The position numbers and the translations under genes were made by a program. Below the pieces are notes generated by a model. That model was given only the letters and a program-made list of their open reading frames with translations. It was not told the DNA's origin and did not search any database. A stretch of 63,406 nt of DNA, the filler included, from Choristocarpus tenellus KU-1152 (Eukaryota > Protista > Phaeophyceae), in the NCBI GenBank assembly GCA_964200185.2. It is 9 parts of 9 records of this genome, joined end to end, with 100 filler letters (N's around TTAATTAATTAA, not from the genome) between each part and the next. Parts side by side here need not be neighbours in the genome. Positions count along the whole stretch, not along the records: positions 58,792 to 63,406 come from CAXNAD020013786.1; 8 more parts are not named here. One strand, written 5' to 3'. This document shows positions 61,967 through 63,406 of the stretch, in pieces; the stretch's first letter is position 1, and each line of letters starts with the position of its first letter.

Positions 61967-62670
61967 TTACCAGGCAGGCAAACCTACTAGTGTAGAGGAA
62001 TTCGTCACATTTACCGGTCCACAAGAAGGGTGATCATAATTATCAGAGGAGGCAAAGTTGCTTGTGGGTGGACATTCATTTCGCCACAAATCAAGTTCTC
62101 CGGCTGATTTAAGGGCAGGAGCCTTTCTTTTATGACTAGTGGCTTGGTCAGTGGTACTTACAATAGGGAGGTCCAACTTGTTCTCTTCCCTATAGGCTGC
62201 GATCGTCTCTGCATATTCACGCATTTCAGTGGATCTATGCCATACATCACTGGCCGGCGAATATCCTTGAAGGCGAAGTCGGTACATGTAACTGTGAGTG
62301 GTTTTTCTTCCAACACCTTGCATATGTTCAACAATGCCCTCTACAGTATATGACCCAATAGTTGGCTGTGTCTTTGACCCCTTATCACAATATCTTTTAG
62401 GAAACACCTGTCCCAAGAAAAGGGGATTAAGGGCATCCATGTCTGGTTCAGTGGCTCCACCTTCTCTATGGGGTTTGTGTCTGGCTATGTGAACTGTCGC
62501 TTCACATTGGTCTTCCAAGTGTTTTGCACCATATACAACGGGTGTTAAATGTGCCTCCACTTCACAACGTACTCTCCATGGGAGTATCTACATGTATAAC
62601 AAATTCCTTGGAAAAGTCAGGAAAGTGTAGAGCTGGAGCTATTGCCAAGAGTCGTTTGCACTTGTCAAGA
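61967..62670 (-). mobile_element. Internally deleted Ty3/gypsy chromovirus pol remnant with chromodomain
   Basis: DKCKRLLAIAPALHFPDFSKEFVIHVD (RT-RNase H junction) abuts, out of frame, a GPY/F-like region and the chromodomain YTVEGIVEH..YMYRLRLQGYSPASDVW. Confidence 0.82.
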
Positions 62671-62937
62671 GAGCAGTTTGTCGTTATCAATTCAATTTAG
62701 ATGGAATATTACCCTTATGCAATTAATATTGGAAAGTATTGTATTTGATCAGTAGTGAAGACAAGGAGGTGTGCAGCCTCACATGATCCCCCTCACTGAA
62801 CGTGAAAAGGATGGGTGGATGACATTAGAAGAGTGAGGGTGCCTTCTTACTTCTTGTTTCCTTTCTACCTCCACGCCATAAGTCTGTGCCGCGTTGTCCA
62901 TAACGTTGAAAGATGATGAAATTCATTTCTGAGAGAA

Positions 62938-63192
62938 GAGTCAAAGTATCTTAGAGAGTAGAGGCGTGTCCATTTGGGAGGCAAAATCCAATGTTGCGAT
63001 TTTGGTTTAATTTTGACTATCGTGTTTGTTAGGAAGTGTCAATATCCATGTTCTGGGCACACCTCTTCATAACGAATACATTTTACCTACTGAAAACATT
63101 TTGGAGTAGAAAACGTTATAAAAAACCCATCGGAAGCCAAGCCCCAAACGGACAAACAGGTCAAAACTCGTACCCTCTAAGATATTTGACTC
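62938..63192 (+). mobile_element. MITE family 1
   Basis: TIRs, TSD AGAA/AGAA. Confidence 0.95.
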
Positions 63193-63406
63193 AGAAGATT
63201 TGGAATCCTCGACGAATTTCTGGTTAGGATTAGCTCTTTTTATAACTATTACTCCCCACCCATTATAATTTTATCAGTCACAGAAAAAGTCTCCATGTGT
63301 ACCTTTAGTGTGTTTCAACCTCACCAGTCCACTGCCTCTTCCTTACCCCTGTGTGCTCCACACTGAAATCATCTAAGTATTTGATTGTACACCACAAAAA
63401 AGAGCT

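Overview
Intron-rich eukaryotic nuclear DNA, not a prokaryotic locus. The window is nine short contigs joined by identical artificial 100-bp spacers (N44-TTAATTAATTAA-N44), so adjacency across a spacer is not evidence of linkage. A stramenopile or brown-alga relative is my guess from gene content and frequent TTAGGG motifs; this is inference only. Spliced genes reconstructed by hand: a RibD/Rib7-type pyrimidine reductase (partial), two exons of a class I/II PLP aminotransferase, the 3' half of BBOF1/CCDC176, a minus-strand calponin-homology-like gene, a complete 5-exon RPB5 (215 aa), and the first exon of an EEP-family protein. There is one intact tRNA-Ala(AGC) and a decayed tandem array of three tRNA-Asp(GTC)-like units. 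Most remaining sequence is transposon-derived. It includes a dense set of related MITEs (11 copies of a ~258-bp family with GAG..CTC ends, 4-bp target-site duplications and a co-varying ~40-bp internal palindrome, plus two sister families) and remnants of Copia, chromoviral Ty3/gypsy, CRE-like LINE and mariner elements. The most notable signals are the Sola-like MITE system, relaxed splice sites (three apparent GC donors and many AAG acceptors), one MITE whose two TIRs are both telomere-like, and an in-phase aminotransferase/BBOF1 junction that is probably a mis-join. I cannot support a wholly new biochemical system from this sequence alone.
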